DNA from: Octopus vulgaris
Taxonomy: Eukaryota
Assembly: GCA_951406725.2 (NCBI GenBank)
Contig: OX597821.1
Location: forward strand, 66,030,001 to 66,094,000
Reading direction: 5' to 3'
Length of the DNA stretch: 64,000 nt
Both the position numbers and the translations under genes were made by a program. This document shows positions 27,232-40,349 of this stretch, one piece after another. Positions within the stretch are counted from its first letter, which is position 1. Each line of letters begins with the position of its first letter. The notes beneath the pieces are model-generated. The model was given only the letters and a program-made list of their open reading frames with translations, was not told where the DNA came from and made no database searches.

Positions 27232-27520
27232 TTAACCTTTTACCATTTAAACTGGTCATACCCGACCCAAATATTCTACCAGTTTTATGTTCAAATTGAC
27301 CTATCCAACCTCTCACACCTACCCTACAATGTCATTCTAAAGATATACAATCACATCTTCTAAGCCTTGAAGCTATGAGATAATGTCTTATTTATTCAAA
27401 ACAATATGAATGAATTTGTATCACATTTGACAGACAGATTTAAATGCTAAAAGGTTAACCGTTTTGCATTTAAACTGACCATATCCAGCCCAAATATTCT
27501 AACTGGTCAGAACTGGCCTT
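27232..27520. mobile_element. piggyBac-like MITE (family P2) plus a partial second copy sharing one TTAA
   Basis: TTAACCTTT...AATGCTAAAAGGTTAA then CCGTTTTGCATTTAAACTG.CCATA, repeating the left end. Confidence 0.7.
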
Positions 27521-27650
27521 TTACATCACCTATTGACAATAGATTCATATAGCTGACCATCTGAAATAGTGGTCACTTTATGCAGTCCCAATCTTCATTT
27601 TCCAAATACTCTAGATAAAGTTTTTGGTCCTTATCAAATATTCTTTATGG

Positions 27651-27900
27651 CAGTGCTACTCAAAGTGGTGGTGCTCAGACTGGCACCGGTCTGCGAGCCA
27701 TCAGCTGCTGGTACGCGGCAAGTTTCCAGAAAAGAACGAAACATTATAAAATGCTTATGTAATATTGTATTATTTGTTTACAAATAAATATAAAATACAA
27801 AAAGTGTTAACTTTTATTATATTCCTTATATATATTAATAGAAATATTACATTTCTAAATATCTCAGAGAGATATATGCAGTAGTGGTACAATAGAGTAG
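27651..27900 (+). mobile_element. hAT/Charlie-like element left end
   Basis: Starts CAGTGCTACTCAAAGTGG. No right TIR found. Confidence 0.5.
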
Positions 27901-28194
27901 TTGTATACTGTCAGCTTAATGTGACAGTCCCATGACGGGAATCACACTACAGCTATTTAGCCCTAGGAAGCAGCAATGCTTCCTGTTGGCCTTGACACAT
28001 TTCCAAACCAAAACTTCAAAGTCACTGTCTCAATGATTGGAGTGCAGCCATGCTGGAGCACCACCTTGAAGGGTTTTAGTCGAACAAATTGACCCCAGTA
28101 TATTTCTTTTAAAGCCTGGGCCTTATTCTATTGGATTATTTTGCTGTTTCAACGCCTGCCTAGGTCTGTAATAGACACTTTCCCAAGGTTAGCA

Positions 28195-28373
28195 TGCTGC
28201 ATTTTCGTCCGTCGCTGCATTCTGAGTTCAAATTCTGCCAAGGTTGACGTTGCCTTTCATTCTTTCGGGGTCGATTAAATAAGTACCAGTTATGCACTGG
28301 GGTCGATATAATCGACTTAATTCGTTTGTCTGTCCTTGTTTGTCCTCTCTGTGTTTAGCCCCTTGTAAAGAAA
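28195..28373 (+). mobile_element. SINE family B, 5'-truncated
   Basis: B box, central domain and tail present. Confidence 0.85.
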
Positions 28374-28841
28374 TATATATACATATACATGCATAACATG
28401 ATATTGTAAGATATATGAGAGATTTGGCTGCTATTTCCAGCAAATTAAACAGATACATAGAGGCTCTTTGTTCATTGTCTTAAAGAAAGGTAGACAGTGA
28501 GGTAGACAGGGAGGCTGGCTAAAGGTAGAAAAGGTAGACAAGTAAGGTCTAAGGCTTACAGGTATATAATCTGCAGAGATTATCTGTACTGCAATGGATT
28601 GAAATTTAATCAGTGATTAGTAATTAGTGATTATGTAAATGTAAAATCAGTCTGATCTGATCGGATCTGTTTCCGAAAGATGTAAAAGAATATAATTAGT
28701 ATTACAGTTGGGGAGGGTAGCGGCGGCGGTGGTGGTGCTGGTGCTGGTGCTGAGGGAGTGGTGGAGTAAGGGTTAGGAGAGATGAGATGGAGGTGTAGGA
28801 GGTAGGAGGATACAGAGAGGGACAGATATACAGAAAACAAT

Positions 28842-29243
28842 GCGCAGGAGTGGCTGTGTGGTAAGTAGCTTGTTTACCAACCACATGATTCCGGGTTCAG
28901 TCCCACTGCGTGGCACCTTGGGCAAGTGTCTTCTGCTATAGCCTCGGGCCGACCAAAGCCTTATGAGTGGATTTGGTAGACGGAAACTGAAAGAAGCCCG
29001 TCGTATATATGTATATATATGCGTGTGTGTGTTTGTGTGTCTGTGTTTGTCCCCCTAGCATTGCTTGACAACCGATGCTGGTGTGTTTATGTCCCCGTTA
29101 CTTAGCTGTTCGGCAAAAGAGACCGATAGAATAAGTACTGGGCTTACAAAAGAATAAGTCCCGGGATCGAGTTGCTCGATTAAAAAGGCGGTGCTCCAGC
29201 ATGGCCGCAGTCAAATGACTGAAACAAGTAAAAGAGTAAAAGA

Positions 29244-29245
<2 letters not shown>
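28842..29245 (+). mobile_element. SINE family A, full length, young
   Basis: Nearly identical to 52542-52942. Confidence 0.93.
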
Positions 29246-29280
<35 letters not shown>

Positions 29281-29399
29281 ATATGTGTATATATATATAT
29301 ATATATGATATATGTGTATATATATATATATGATATATGTGTATATATATAATATATGTGTATATATATATATATGATATATGTGTATATATATATATT

Positions 29400-29462
<63 letters not shown>

Positions 29463-29561
29463 TGACAGGGAGTGAAATAGAGAGAGTTATGTACCCATAG
29501 ACAGAAACATGTGTGCATGTACACAGGTAATCATACACGTACACAGACCTGTGTGCATACC

Positions 29562-29599
<38 letters not shown>

Positions 29600-30105
29600 C
29601 ACATGCATAGACAGACAGTCCTCCTGGTGAACTTTCTAGTGGGACTTGTCAGGCGTCTAGTTTAATGAGGCTGTGTTGCAGCATATGCTAGCAGGGTCTG
29701 ATCAATAAGCAACAAATGCGCTGCACTTGGTGGATGCAGTAGTAGTCACAGAGCGCCGCCATCACCACCGACACCACAACCACCAACACACCACCACCAC
29801 TACTACTACTACTACTGCTGCTGCTGCTACTGCTGCTGCTGCTACTGCTGCTGCTGCTGCGATAATTGTGCTGGTGATGTTATTGATAATTTAGTTATCT
29901 AGCCCCTGGGCTGCAACAGCAATCTGCAATTATCAAGCAGACAGAATAAACAGACTTATGATGACGATATGTTTCCATATATGACCACCCCGTCTTTTTT
30001 TTTTTTACTCAAATGATATATCTAAGTTTATATTTGCATTATCCAATGGGTTTTTTTTTCTGCATTTTATTTTGAATTGCGTTTTTTTTTTTTTTGTAAT
30101 TGTGT

Positions 30106-30139
<34 letters not shown>

Positions 30140-31443
30140 TGTGGTTGGAATTTAAGTGGGACAAAATTTGGCTGCTATTTCTAATAGGTTGAAACAACCA
30201 AGTCTGCTGCTTGGTAGTAGATGACCAGAGGCTAAATAACAATAACATCGTAAATATATCATCATCATCAGCAGCAGCAGCATCATAATAATAATCCTCA
30301 TCATCCCCCCTACCACCACAACCACCACCACTACTGCCATCACCAGCAGCACCATCAGCAACAACAGCAGCAGTAGTTCTTCATTGTTGCTGCCTCTTTG
30401 TAAAGGCACCATACTTCATGTTGATGTTGCTGTTCTGGTTGTTTAGCACCAGGTCAAGTCAGCCCCAATAGAAAAGATCTATGATGAAAGAAGAACGGTG
30501 CCCATCCCATCATAGTCTTTTTTCTTTGTTCATATTTTTCTTTATATATATATATATATCTTTTCTTATTTTTCAGACATAATGTAAGCAGAAATCCATT
30601 ATTGCAAACATGTCCTTCTTTTTCTCAGGGTAATAGTAGTAGGATCTGTTATTTAAAGCAAAATTTGGCTGTTATTTCTAGCAAACAGGTTAAGCAGCCA
30701 CCTACAGGCTACTACTGCTGTTGCTGCTGCTGCTACTACTACTACAACTATCTCTTCTGTGGTGATACTATGGCTCCTATGTCAACAATGTAGTAGAGCA
30801 AGCACGTTCTCCAATGGTTGCTTGACCAGCTAGAAATAGAAGCCAAATCTCCTTTGAACTCCACACTGTTGTTGGTAAATAAGGAAGGAAAAGAGAATAC
30901 ATTAGCTAATGCATTTCTCTATGACTGAATGACCTGACAAAAATAAATGGAATGGTCATAGCTGGAACACATTCCAGCATAGGACATCTCGGCCTGGCTT
31001 GACCTGGGGCTAAATAACTACTACACATGCTGCTGCTGTTGCTACTATTACTACTACTGCTGTTGCTGCTGCTGCTGCTGCTGCAGCTGCTACCACTGAC
31101 ATTGTCACTATCATCTTCACCACCAGCAACAACAAATCTACTACTGTTAGTACAGCTGTAATTGATCTGGCTTCTGTTGATTTTTCCTTGTTAGTGCTGT
31201 TGCTGGTAATAGTGATGTTGTTGGCTGTAGAAAGTGGTGTACTGGAGGTAGTGTTGGTAATAGTACTGGTATGCTGGTGCTAGTGTCTGTGTAGGTGGTA
31301 GTGCTAGTGTTGGCAATAGTATTATTTATAATATTAGCGGTAGTGTTAATGGTAGTATCAACTATAGTATTTTTATTAATACTAGTGACCACCTTAGTAG
31401 TAGTAGTTGTAGTAGTAGTAGTAGTATTGGTGTTAGTGCAGTT

Positions 31444-31743
31444 ATGACAATGAGGGTTCCAGTTGACCCGATCAACCAAACAGCCTGCTTCTGAAATCAA
31501 CATGCAAGTGGCTGAGCACTCCACAGACATGTGTACCCTTAACGTAGTTCTCAGGGAGATTCAGCGTGATACAGAACATGACAAGGCTGGCCCTATGAAT
31601 TACAGGTACGACTCATTTTAGCCAGCTGAGTGGACTGCAGCGACATGAAATAAAGTGTCTTGCTCAAGGACACAACCTCCCACTTAGAATTGAACTCATG
31701 ACCTTATGATTTACAGCCAAATGCCCTTACCACTAAGCCACAC
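31444..31743 (-). mobile_element. SINE family D (tRNA plus CORE-like domain), tail type 2
   Basis: Reverse complement of 55695-56014, with TCCTTGAGCAAGACACTT core. Confidence 0.8.
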
Positions 31744-31904
31744 ACTATTTACCAGCAGTAGTAATTTAATGATAATACTAAAAGCAGTAGAATTTATAGT
31801 AGAGGTGGAGGTAGCGTTTGTTTTATAATTGACTTAATAGTATGTTGACCAATGTGGTCACCATTGATGTAGTTTACCCCAGGACAACTCTGATCTAGCA
31901 GAGG

Positions 31905-32530
31905 GCGATGACCATAGGCCTTCCAACTATGACCATCCTGTTTATTCATGCTTTTCTAAGATTGCATTATCCAATGCATTTATATGCATTTATTATATAT
32001 AAAAAGATAAGCGCATAATTAGAGTGAGATTTGGATGCTATGATCAAAGCCTTTCCAACAATGACCATCCTGTTTATTCATGTCTTAAGATTGCATTATG
32101 CAATGCAAACGTTTGTATATAAAAAGTTAAGGGCATAATTAGAGTGAGATTTAGATGCTATGATCAAAGCCCTTCCAACTGTGACCATCCTGTTTATTCA
32201 TGCCTTTCAAAGATTGCAATATCGAATGCATCTATATGCATTTATATATAAAAAGATAAGCGCATAATTAGAGTGAGATTTGGATGCTATGATCAAAGCC
32301 TTTCCAACAATGACCATCCTGTTTATTCATGTCTTAAGATTGCATTATGCAATGCATACGTTTGTATATAAAAAGTTAAGGGCATAATTAGAGTGAGATT
32401 TAGATGCTATGATCAAAGCCCTTCCAACTATGACCATCCTGTTTATTCATGCCTTTCTAAGATTGCATTATCCAGTGCCATGCATTTATATATATATATA
32501 AAGATAACGGTTTAATTTGAGTGAGATTTG
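31905..32530. repeat. Tandem array of five 120-130 bp units (A-B-A-B-A) derived from family C
   Basis: Unit starts at about 31908, 32041, 32161, 32290 and 32410, giving a 249-bp dimer period. Confidence 0.92.
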
Positions 32531-32879
32531 GGTGCTATTTCTGGCATGTTGAGTGTCCACATAAAGGCTCCTTTGTTGTCCTATGGAGAGGGTTCCCTGT
32601 TGAACAAGAAACTCTTACTTTGTTTGTTGTTGCTTAACCCTAGGTCAGTCCTGATTGAGCAGAACTCAGAACGAAAGCATTCCAGCCACGAACATCCCAT
32701 CTTATTTTTTTTCCTATGCGCAGCCAACCTCGGACGATATGTCCTAACGCAAGGACTTGTCCTTACGTAAGGAAATAGAGCCTGATTTGCAGCAGATTTA
32801 GCTGCTATTTTCGGCATTTTTGAATGGCCATGAACAGGTGCCTTTTATTGGCGCTGTTATTGATAATGTTCACATCACT

Positions 32880-34320
32880 GCTGGAGATGTTGCTGATAGC
32901 AGTGGTGGTGGTGGTGGTGGTGGTGGTAGTGATGACACTGATGTTACAAATAGTATGGGTAATGGTGACGATGGTGGTGGTCGTAGTCGTGTCTATTGTT
33001 ATTATTAATAGTATTGGTGGTAGTAAGAGTAACAGTGGTGGATGTAGTAGTAGTAGTGGTGGTGGTGGTAGCGGTGGTGGGGTGGCACTGATAGTATTTA
33101 GTGGTAGTAAAAGTAATGGTGTTAGTGGAAGTGGAGTTGGTGGCGAGAGTAGTAGTAGTAGTAGTAGTAGTTGCGGTGGTGGTCATGGTGTTGTCTTATT
33201 GTTATTGATAGTATTGGCAGTGGTGGTAGCACTGATAGTATTGGCGGTGGTGGTAGTGGTGGAGTCGTAGGGGGTACTGTTGTTATTCATATAGTATTAG
33301 CTATGGTGGAGGTATTACTGTTGTTGTTGTTGTTATTCACAGTACTGGTGGTAGCGGTGGCAGTGGTAGCAATGTTATGGCTCTCATTGTTATTGATAGT
33401 ATTGGCAGTTGTGGTAGTGGTGGCAGTGACAGTGGAGTTGCAGTTAGTGTTGTTATTATGACTGATAGTAGTGGTAGAGGCAGTGGTGGTACTAATGTTA
33501 ATGGTTGTGGTGGTAGTAATGGCATGGTGGTAGTTGTGGTGATGATGCTGATGTTGAGGGATGGTGGTAGTGGTGATTGTGGTGGTAGTGGCAGTTGTGT
33601 TGTTGGTGGTGGTGGCGATGGTATGGTAGCAGTGGTGGTGGTAATGGTGATGGTGTTGCAGTTAGTGTTGGTACTACTACTGATAGTATTAGTGGTAGTG
33701 GTTGTGATGGCATGGTGGTAGTTGTGGTGGGGGTGGTTGTGGTGGTGATAGTGGTGGTGGTGTTGGTACAAGTGTTGGTAATTGTGTTGGTGGTGGTGGT
33801 GGTGGTGACGGTAAGGTGGTAGTGGAGGTGGTAATGGTGATGGTGGTGGTGTTGCAGTTAATGTTGTTACTACTACTGATAGTATTGGCGGTGGTGGTGG
33901 TGGTGGTGGATGTAGTATGCTGCTGCTAATGCTACTGCTGCTGCAAATGTTGGCGTCACTATTTGTGTTTGTTGTTGTTGTTGTTACTGGTGACACTTGG
34001 TGCCACTGCAAGGAGTTGGGTGGGGGTGTTGTATTGTTGTAACTGATTCTACCAAGAGTGGCACTGGTGCTTAGCGGTGGCCGTGGTGGTGATTCTTGTG
34101 ACGATGGTGGTGGTGGTGGTGCTGGTGTTGGTGGTGTGACTATTGGCTTTGCTGTTTGTTATAAAATTAACTGATATTGTTTTTTGTTGCAGTCAACTAG
34201 TTGTTGTTGTTGTTGTTGTTATGGCGATTGCTGCTGCTTCTTGTATTATAGTTCTTATTACTGTTATTGCACCAACTGCTGTCACTGCTGCTGCTGCTGT
34301 TGATGATAATGATGCCATTG
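32880..34320. repeat. Degenerate (GGT/TAG/GTT)n low-complexity field
   Basis: Direct inspection, with recurring ATAGTATTGG and GTTGCAGTTAGTGTTG motifs. Confidence 0.9.
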
Positions 34321-34586
34321 TCATAGTTTAGCAACAGGTCAGTCCTGACTGGACAGATTTGTGATCAAATGTGCTCCAGGCATGACACTCCGGTCAAATT
34401 TTCTTTTTTATAAAAACCATACAAACATTAGATTATCCATTTTAAAGACAGTAATATATGATTTAAAGGCGATTTGGCTGCTATTTCTAGAAGGTGAAAT
34501 TAGCAAATATAAGTCTTGCACATTGGCTCATGTCAATAACAGTTGCTGTTATTGTTATTGCTTAGCTCCAGGTCAACAATGATCGG

Positions 34587-34742
34587 AGGAGTAGCTGTGG
34601 GGTAAGTAGCTTGCTTACAAACCACAGAGTTCCGGGTTCAGTCCCATTGTCTGGCACCTAGGGCAAGCGTTTTCTACTATAGCCTTGGGCCTACCAAAGC
34701 CTTGTGAGTAGATTTGGTAGACGGAAACTGAAAGAAGCCGGT

Positions 34743-34787
<45 letters not shown>

Positions 34788-35184
34788 TACACTCTCGGAG
34801 TGGTTGGCGTTAAGAAGGGCATCCAGCTGTAGAAACATTGCCAGATAAGACCGGAGCCTGGTGCAGCCTTCTGGCTTCCCAGATCCCCGGTCGAACTGTG
34901 CAACCCATGCTAGCATGGAGAACGGACGTTAAACGATGATGATGATATATATATATATGTATGTGAGTGTGTATATGTTTGTGTGTCTGTATCCCCTCCC
35001 CCACCCAACATTGCTTGACAACCGATGCTGGTGTGTTTACGACCCAGTAACTTAGCAGTTCGGCAAAGGAGACTGATAGAATAAGTACTAGGTTTGTAAA
35101 GAATAAGTCCTGGGGTCGATTTGCTCGACTAAAGGTAGTGCTTCAGCATGGCCACAGTCAAATGACTGAAACAAGTAAAAGAGT
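34587..35184 (+). mobile_element. SINE family A with a family-E module (34785-34946) inside its (TA)n tract
   Basis: Head-(TA)n-CACTCTCGGAGTGGTTGGCG...GGACGTTAAACGATGATGAT-(TA)(TG)-normal tail. Confidence 0.88.
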
Positions 35185-35185
35185 A

Positions 35186-35751
35186 TATGATCAGCAGCAT
35201 TCCAACCATGACACTCATGTATTTTTAGGGTCTCTTGGAATAATAAATTAACCAATGTGTTCTTTTACCATCACTTTTTTTGGAGACAATAGTGTATAAT
35301 TTGAAGGGGATTTGGTTGCTATTTCTAGCAGATCTAGTGACCACAAGGAGACTTCATTGTTAGCTCATTGTTGTTATCATACTTGGAAGTGTAATGGACG
35401 ATGTTGTTATTCTACTACTACTACTACTACTACTACCACTACTGCTGCTGCTGCTACTGCCACTGCTGCTGGTGTTGCTGTTGTTCTTGTTTAACCCCAG
35501 GTCAATATTGATCAAGCAAAGCTATGATCAGCAGCATTCCAACCATGACGATCATGTATTTTTAGTGTCTCTAAGTATAAGGAGCAAATCAATGTGTTCT
35601 TTCCCGTCATCTTTTAAAGATGATAGTGTATAATTTGAAGGTGATTTGGTTGCTATTTCTAGAAGATCTAGTGACCACAAGGAAGCTCCATTGTCAGCTT
35701 GTTGTTATAATAGTTGGGAGTGTTATGGACACTGTTGTTATTCTACTGCTA

Positions 35752-35780
<29 letters not shown>
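35186..35780. repeat. Diverged tandem duplication, about 337-bp period, of a family-C element plus flank
   Basis: TATGATCAGCAGCATTCCAACCATGAC at about 35186 and 35523, with matching downstream sequence including the CTA/CTG tract. Confidence 0.85.
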
Positions 35781-35783
<3 letters not shown>

Positions 35784-37108
35784 ATTATTGCAGCTATGAT
35801 TGGCATCATGTGTGCTGCTGCATCTGCCACTGCTGCGGCTGCTGTTGTTGTTGTTATTGATGTAGATGCTGCCAACATGGCTTGTTGCTGTTGTTTATGT
35901 TGCTGCTGTTGTTGTTGTTGTTGTTGCTGTTGTTGCTGTTGTATCCCTGCTGCAGCCATAGCTGATGTCACGAGGGGCTGCTGACATCCTTATTGCTACA
36001 CATCTGCTGCTGTTGCTGCAACTGCTGTGCTGTTGTTGTTCTTGTTGTTGTAATCTAGATGTTGTTGTTGTTGTTGTTGTCAGCCTTGCTATTAGTTCAT
36101 CAGTAGACATAATTAATTATCCATATTACAATCACTGCTGCCACAGCTGCTGTTACTACTACTACTACTACCACTTCTAATACCACTGCATTTCAGGCTA
36201 CTGTTACCGCTGCCACAGATAATACCGCTGCATTCAGTCCACCTATTGTTGCTACTGCCACAGATAACACAACTGCATTCAGGCTGCTGCTGCTGTTACC
36301 ACTGCCACAAGATATCACAACTATACACAACACTACTGCAAATTCCGCTGCAGCTGTTGATGCTAAGTACCGCTGCAGCAAACATTAATATAATGCTGCT
36401 CTAGTTATTGTTATTTACATTTGTTGCTTAGCCCTAGGCTGGCTTTGGACTCAGATTCAGCATACCTAGGATCAAAGGCATTTCAATCATTATCTTTTTT
36501 TTGATGGGGGGGGGCTTTTTTTTTTCTTTTTTTGTAGAAATGCACTATCCAAAATTATCTCTCTATGTTTTAAGATTTTTTCTTGTTCTTCATTCGTTTC
36601 CTTTAGAGGACATATAATTTGGAGATGATTTAGCTGCTATGTCTTGCGTATCGAGTGATCATGAAAAAAAACCTTGTCGTTGTTGTTGTTGTTTATGACG
36701 ATAGTGGTGAAATGATGGAGATGATAATGATGATTATGATGTTAGTGATGATTATGATGATGGTAATGAGGACGATGGCTATGATGATGATGATCGCAAT
36801 GATGAGGTTAATGATGATGATAATGGTGGCAGTGATGTTATTGCATGTTATTGCAGCTGTTTGTTTTACTGTTTCCTGTTGTCATGATCACCACAACAAT
36901 AACTGACCACCACCACTGACAACACTTAGAGTGCTAATTATGCTACTATTACTACTACTGTTTCTCCTGCCACTAATTTTTGGAAGAGGTCAGAGGATAA
37001 AAATCAATTATGACATCCCATAGAGGATGAAAGGCAGTGATGCCCAGAGTAGGATTAGAACTCGGAATCTAAAGAACCAGTGTAAATACTACAAGATGTT
37101 TTGTCTAA

Positions 37109-37440
37109 GCACAGGAGTGGCTGTGTGGTAAGAAGCTTGCTTCCCAACCACATGGTTCTGGGTTCAGTCCCATTGTGTGGCACCTTGGGTAAGTGTCTTC
37201 TACTATAGCCTTGGGCCGACCAAATCCTTGTAGAGGGAAACTATGTATTTGTGTGTCTGTGCACCATCACTTGACAACTGATGTTGGTGTGTTTACGTCC
37301 CCGTATGTTAGCGGTACAGCAAAAGAGACCCGTAGAATAAGTACTAGGCTTCCAAAGAATAAGTCCTGGAGTTGATTTGTTCGACTAAAGGCAGTGCTCC
37401 AGCATGGTCGCAGTCAAATGATTGAAACAAATAAAAGAAT
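37109..37440 (+). mobile_element. SINE family A, internally shortened
   Basis: Head and tail present. Confidence 0.88.
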
Positions 37441-37458
37441 TAAAAAATACACTAATAA

Positions 37459-37812
37459 TCTTTTCTACTCTAGGCACAAGGCCTGAAATTTTTGTGGGGA
37501 GGGGCAGTCAATTAGCTTGACCCTGGTATCAACTAGTACTTAATTTATCAACCCCGAAAGGGTGAAAGGCAAAGTCGACCATTGCAGAATTTGAACTCAA
37601 AGCATAAAGAACAAAATACTGACATAAGCATACACACACACATACATATATACAATAGGCTTCTTTCAGTTTCTGTCTATCAAATCCACTCACAAGGCTT
37701 TGGTCGGGCCGAGGTTATAGTAAAAGACACTTCCCCCAGGTGCCATGCATTGGGACTGAACCTGGAACCATGTGGTTGGTAAGCAAGCTACTTACCACAC
37801 AGCCACTCCTGC
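37459..37812 (-). mobile_element. SINE B fragment (37459-37600) and SINE A head (37650-37812)
   Basis: Reverse-complement matches. Confidence 0.8.
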
Positions 37813-38269
37813 TAATATATTACAGGTATCTATTTTTTTCCCCAACGTTCATTGTAAGAATGGAAAGCAAAATTCAACCCCTTACCCTTAAAGATTTTGA
37901 AACCAAAACCTAAGAATCCAGTAAAGATAGTTAGCACAAGGCAACTAACCGGGCGCTCACACATTTCTGCTACAGTCTTTACGATCTGTGAATCTTTAAG
38001 GTCAAGTTCATAACCTCCACAAAAAATTTTGATGACATGATGTATATAAGAGACTCTAAGTTTGCTGGCATTTGAGAAGTTAAAATTCCAGTAACCTTTT
38101 CGTGCTTACAGTTGTTTACATACTGTCAGAAATTAAATTATCTTGGTTCCAGTTCTATTTAACACATGGCTTTCTCCTCTTCCCCAACCGTTACCACATT
38201 TTCTATGCTGGAATAATCAAACTAAGATGGATAGAATGTTGGACGGACACACACACACACACACATGCG

Positions 38270-39000
38270 CAATTATGGTGATTGCTCTATCTTCACAGAT
38301 AATAGCTGTCTCCTGGCGCTTCCTTGTTGTCAAAAGCAATTGACCTCTCAGACAACTGTTCAATCCTACAGCAGATCTGTATGGGTTGAAGCAAAGGTGA
38401 CACAGATGAAAATTGTAACTTACAGTGTGTTTCCAACCTGTTAGGTCTGCTGCACATGCCACAGGACTTTCTGTAGACGGAATGACAAATGAGGTTACTA
38501 TAAAAAGATATCCGCATGTCATTGGATTATAGTGAAAAATGCTTGTACAATAGGAGTTTCGCTCTTTGAGTTTCTGCTATTAGTACCCAGTGACAAGCTG
38601 AAGTGAGATGACTAGTAATCATGTGGAACACCAGGTTTGTCCATGTCTTAGAAGGATGCTCTGACAACAGCTAGAGGTCTCTCACACCTGGTGGTTTTAC
38701 TGCGCACCCTGAAACACCAACCAAGAGTATTTCTGCATTTCCACACACAGATGGATTTGTCATCACATATGTTAGCTGTATGTATGTCAGGTTACTTTTA
38801 GTTCAACTGGTAATCTGTAACCTAGCACAACCTGTTGCATGGTTTGGCTCTCAACAACTAAACCAGCAACCATACCAAGCTTGTTAGGTCAGGAGGGTGG
38901 TTTTCGTTGGACAACCAACAGGATGGAAAACAAAACCAGTCAAAAGGATGGATGAAGTCAGGAGAGTCAACAGCCATCCAACAGTTGGTAGTGAGAGGCC
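38270..39000 (-). mobile_element. Decayed, internally deleted RTE-type element
   Basis: IPSTESPVACAADLTGWKHTVS..LCHLCFNPYRSAVGLNSCLR resembles the RTE C-terminus (AADR..WR; CxxC..S.IGL.SH.R). 38870-38990 resembles RTE 5' sequence. Confidence 0.5.
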
Positions 39001-39230
39001 CTCTGGGTCTTTGTTTAGGTATCTCTCTAAGAGAAGGAAGTCCTAAAATAACACACAGTTCATTGCAAAGCTGAAGATCTGGTTTTTGTTAGTTTCTGTA
39101 CTTGCTTGGCTCTTAGGTGAAAGTCATGGTGCTACTGTGCAGCACAGGCATAGCTGACAGCTATTGTCATTAATATCTTAGTATAAGATAATTTGTTTAT
39201 GATGGTCATACTCATCTATGAGTCCACATC

Positions 39231-39631
39231 CACTCTTTACTCTACTCTTTACTCTTTTGTTTCAGTCATTTGACTGTGGCCATGCTGGAGCACCACCTTT
39301 AGTCGAGCAGATCGACCCCCAGCACTTATTCTTTGGAAGCCTAGTACTTATTCTATCGGTCTCTTTTGCTGAACTGCTAAGTTACGGGGATGTAAACACA
39401 CCAGCATCGATTGTCAAGCGATGTTAGGGGGAGACAAACACAGACACACAAACATATACACATATATACGACGGGCTTCTTTCAGTTTCCGTCTACCAAA
39501 TCCACTCACAAGGCTTTGGTCAGCCTGAGGCTATAGTAGAAGACACTTGCCCAAGGTGCCACGCAGTAGGACTGAACCCGGAACCATGTGGTTTGTAAGC
39601 AAGCTACTTACCACACAGCCACTCCTATGCC
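39231..39631 (-). mobile_element. SINE family A, full length
   Basis: Reverse-complement match. Confidence 0.92.
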
Positions 39632-40284
39632 TATATGTGTATAGTTCTTTAATAAACAAGCAGAATTAAATACTTTTTTTTTTTTGTGTTCAGTGACACA
39701 CCGTAACAACTGAAATAAAATTTGATCTTCTAACTACATGGTTCAATAGTAAGGCACCTTCAAACCCCACAGTTATTATGCCTGAGTCCACAGGGAATTG
39801 TTTTTGTGTAAAAAGTTAACTAACATCCCATCTAACAGTGCCCAGATTATCAGCAAAAGATTATGGCTACACAACAACCAATTACACATCAGTGGATTGG
39901 ACCTCTTGCTGTTCAGTTTGTACTGTTTCCAGTTTGCTTTACAAGGGTTTTAGGTGGGTTTTTGCATGGGGAGGTGTAAAATAGTTTTATAATATAATAA
40001 CGCATTGAAATGGTGAAAATATATTCTTCAAATAATAACACATAACGCAAATTAGTACATTGATAGCTATTGTCATCAAGTGAACATTAAATATTGAAGA
40101 ATATGATTCTGAGGAAACTGATATCATAAATATATTAAGCAAGAATTCAATAAAATTAAACAGCTCATGTTATTGGAAATCAGATTTTCAAATTCCTGAT
40201 TTGTCCAGTTTTGACAGCTTTTCTCGGAATAATGTGCTAAAAAAAATGTTGCCTTCTTTTTCATCCTGCATTGCTATGTCCCAG

Positions 40285-40349
40285 GAGAACATGCAGTATT
40301 CACTATAGATAGCGTAGCCATCTCAACTCCAGAGGAACAAAAGAAAATG
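40285..40349 (+). CDS. Candidate internal micro-exon (GEHAVFTIDSVAISTPEEQKKM), product unknown
   Basis: Pyrimidine tract plus CCCAG acceptor, ATG|GTGAGT donor, open frame phase 1 to 0. No recognisable homology. Confidence 0.25.

Noticed and set aside
35738-35971. PolyQ/polyA ORF resembling a transcription-factor low-complexity domain
   Set aside because: It lies in a CTG/TTG repeat field continuous with a duplicated repeat tail, with no domain or splice support.
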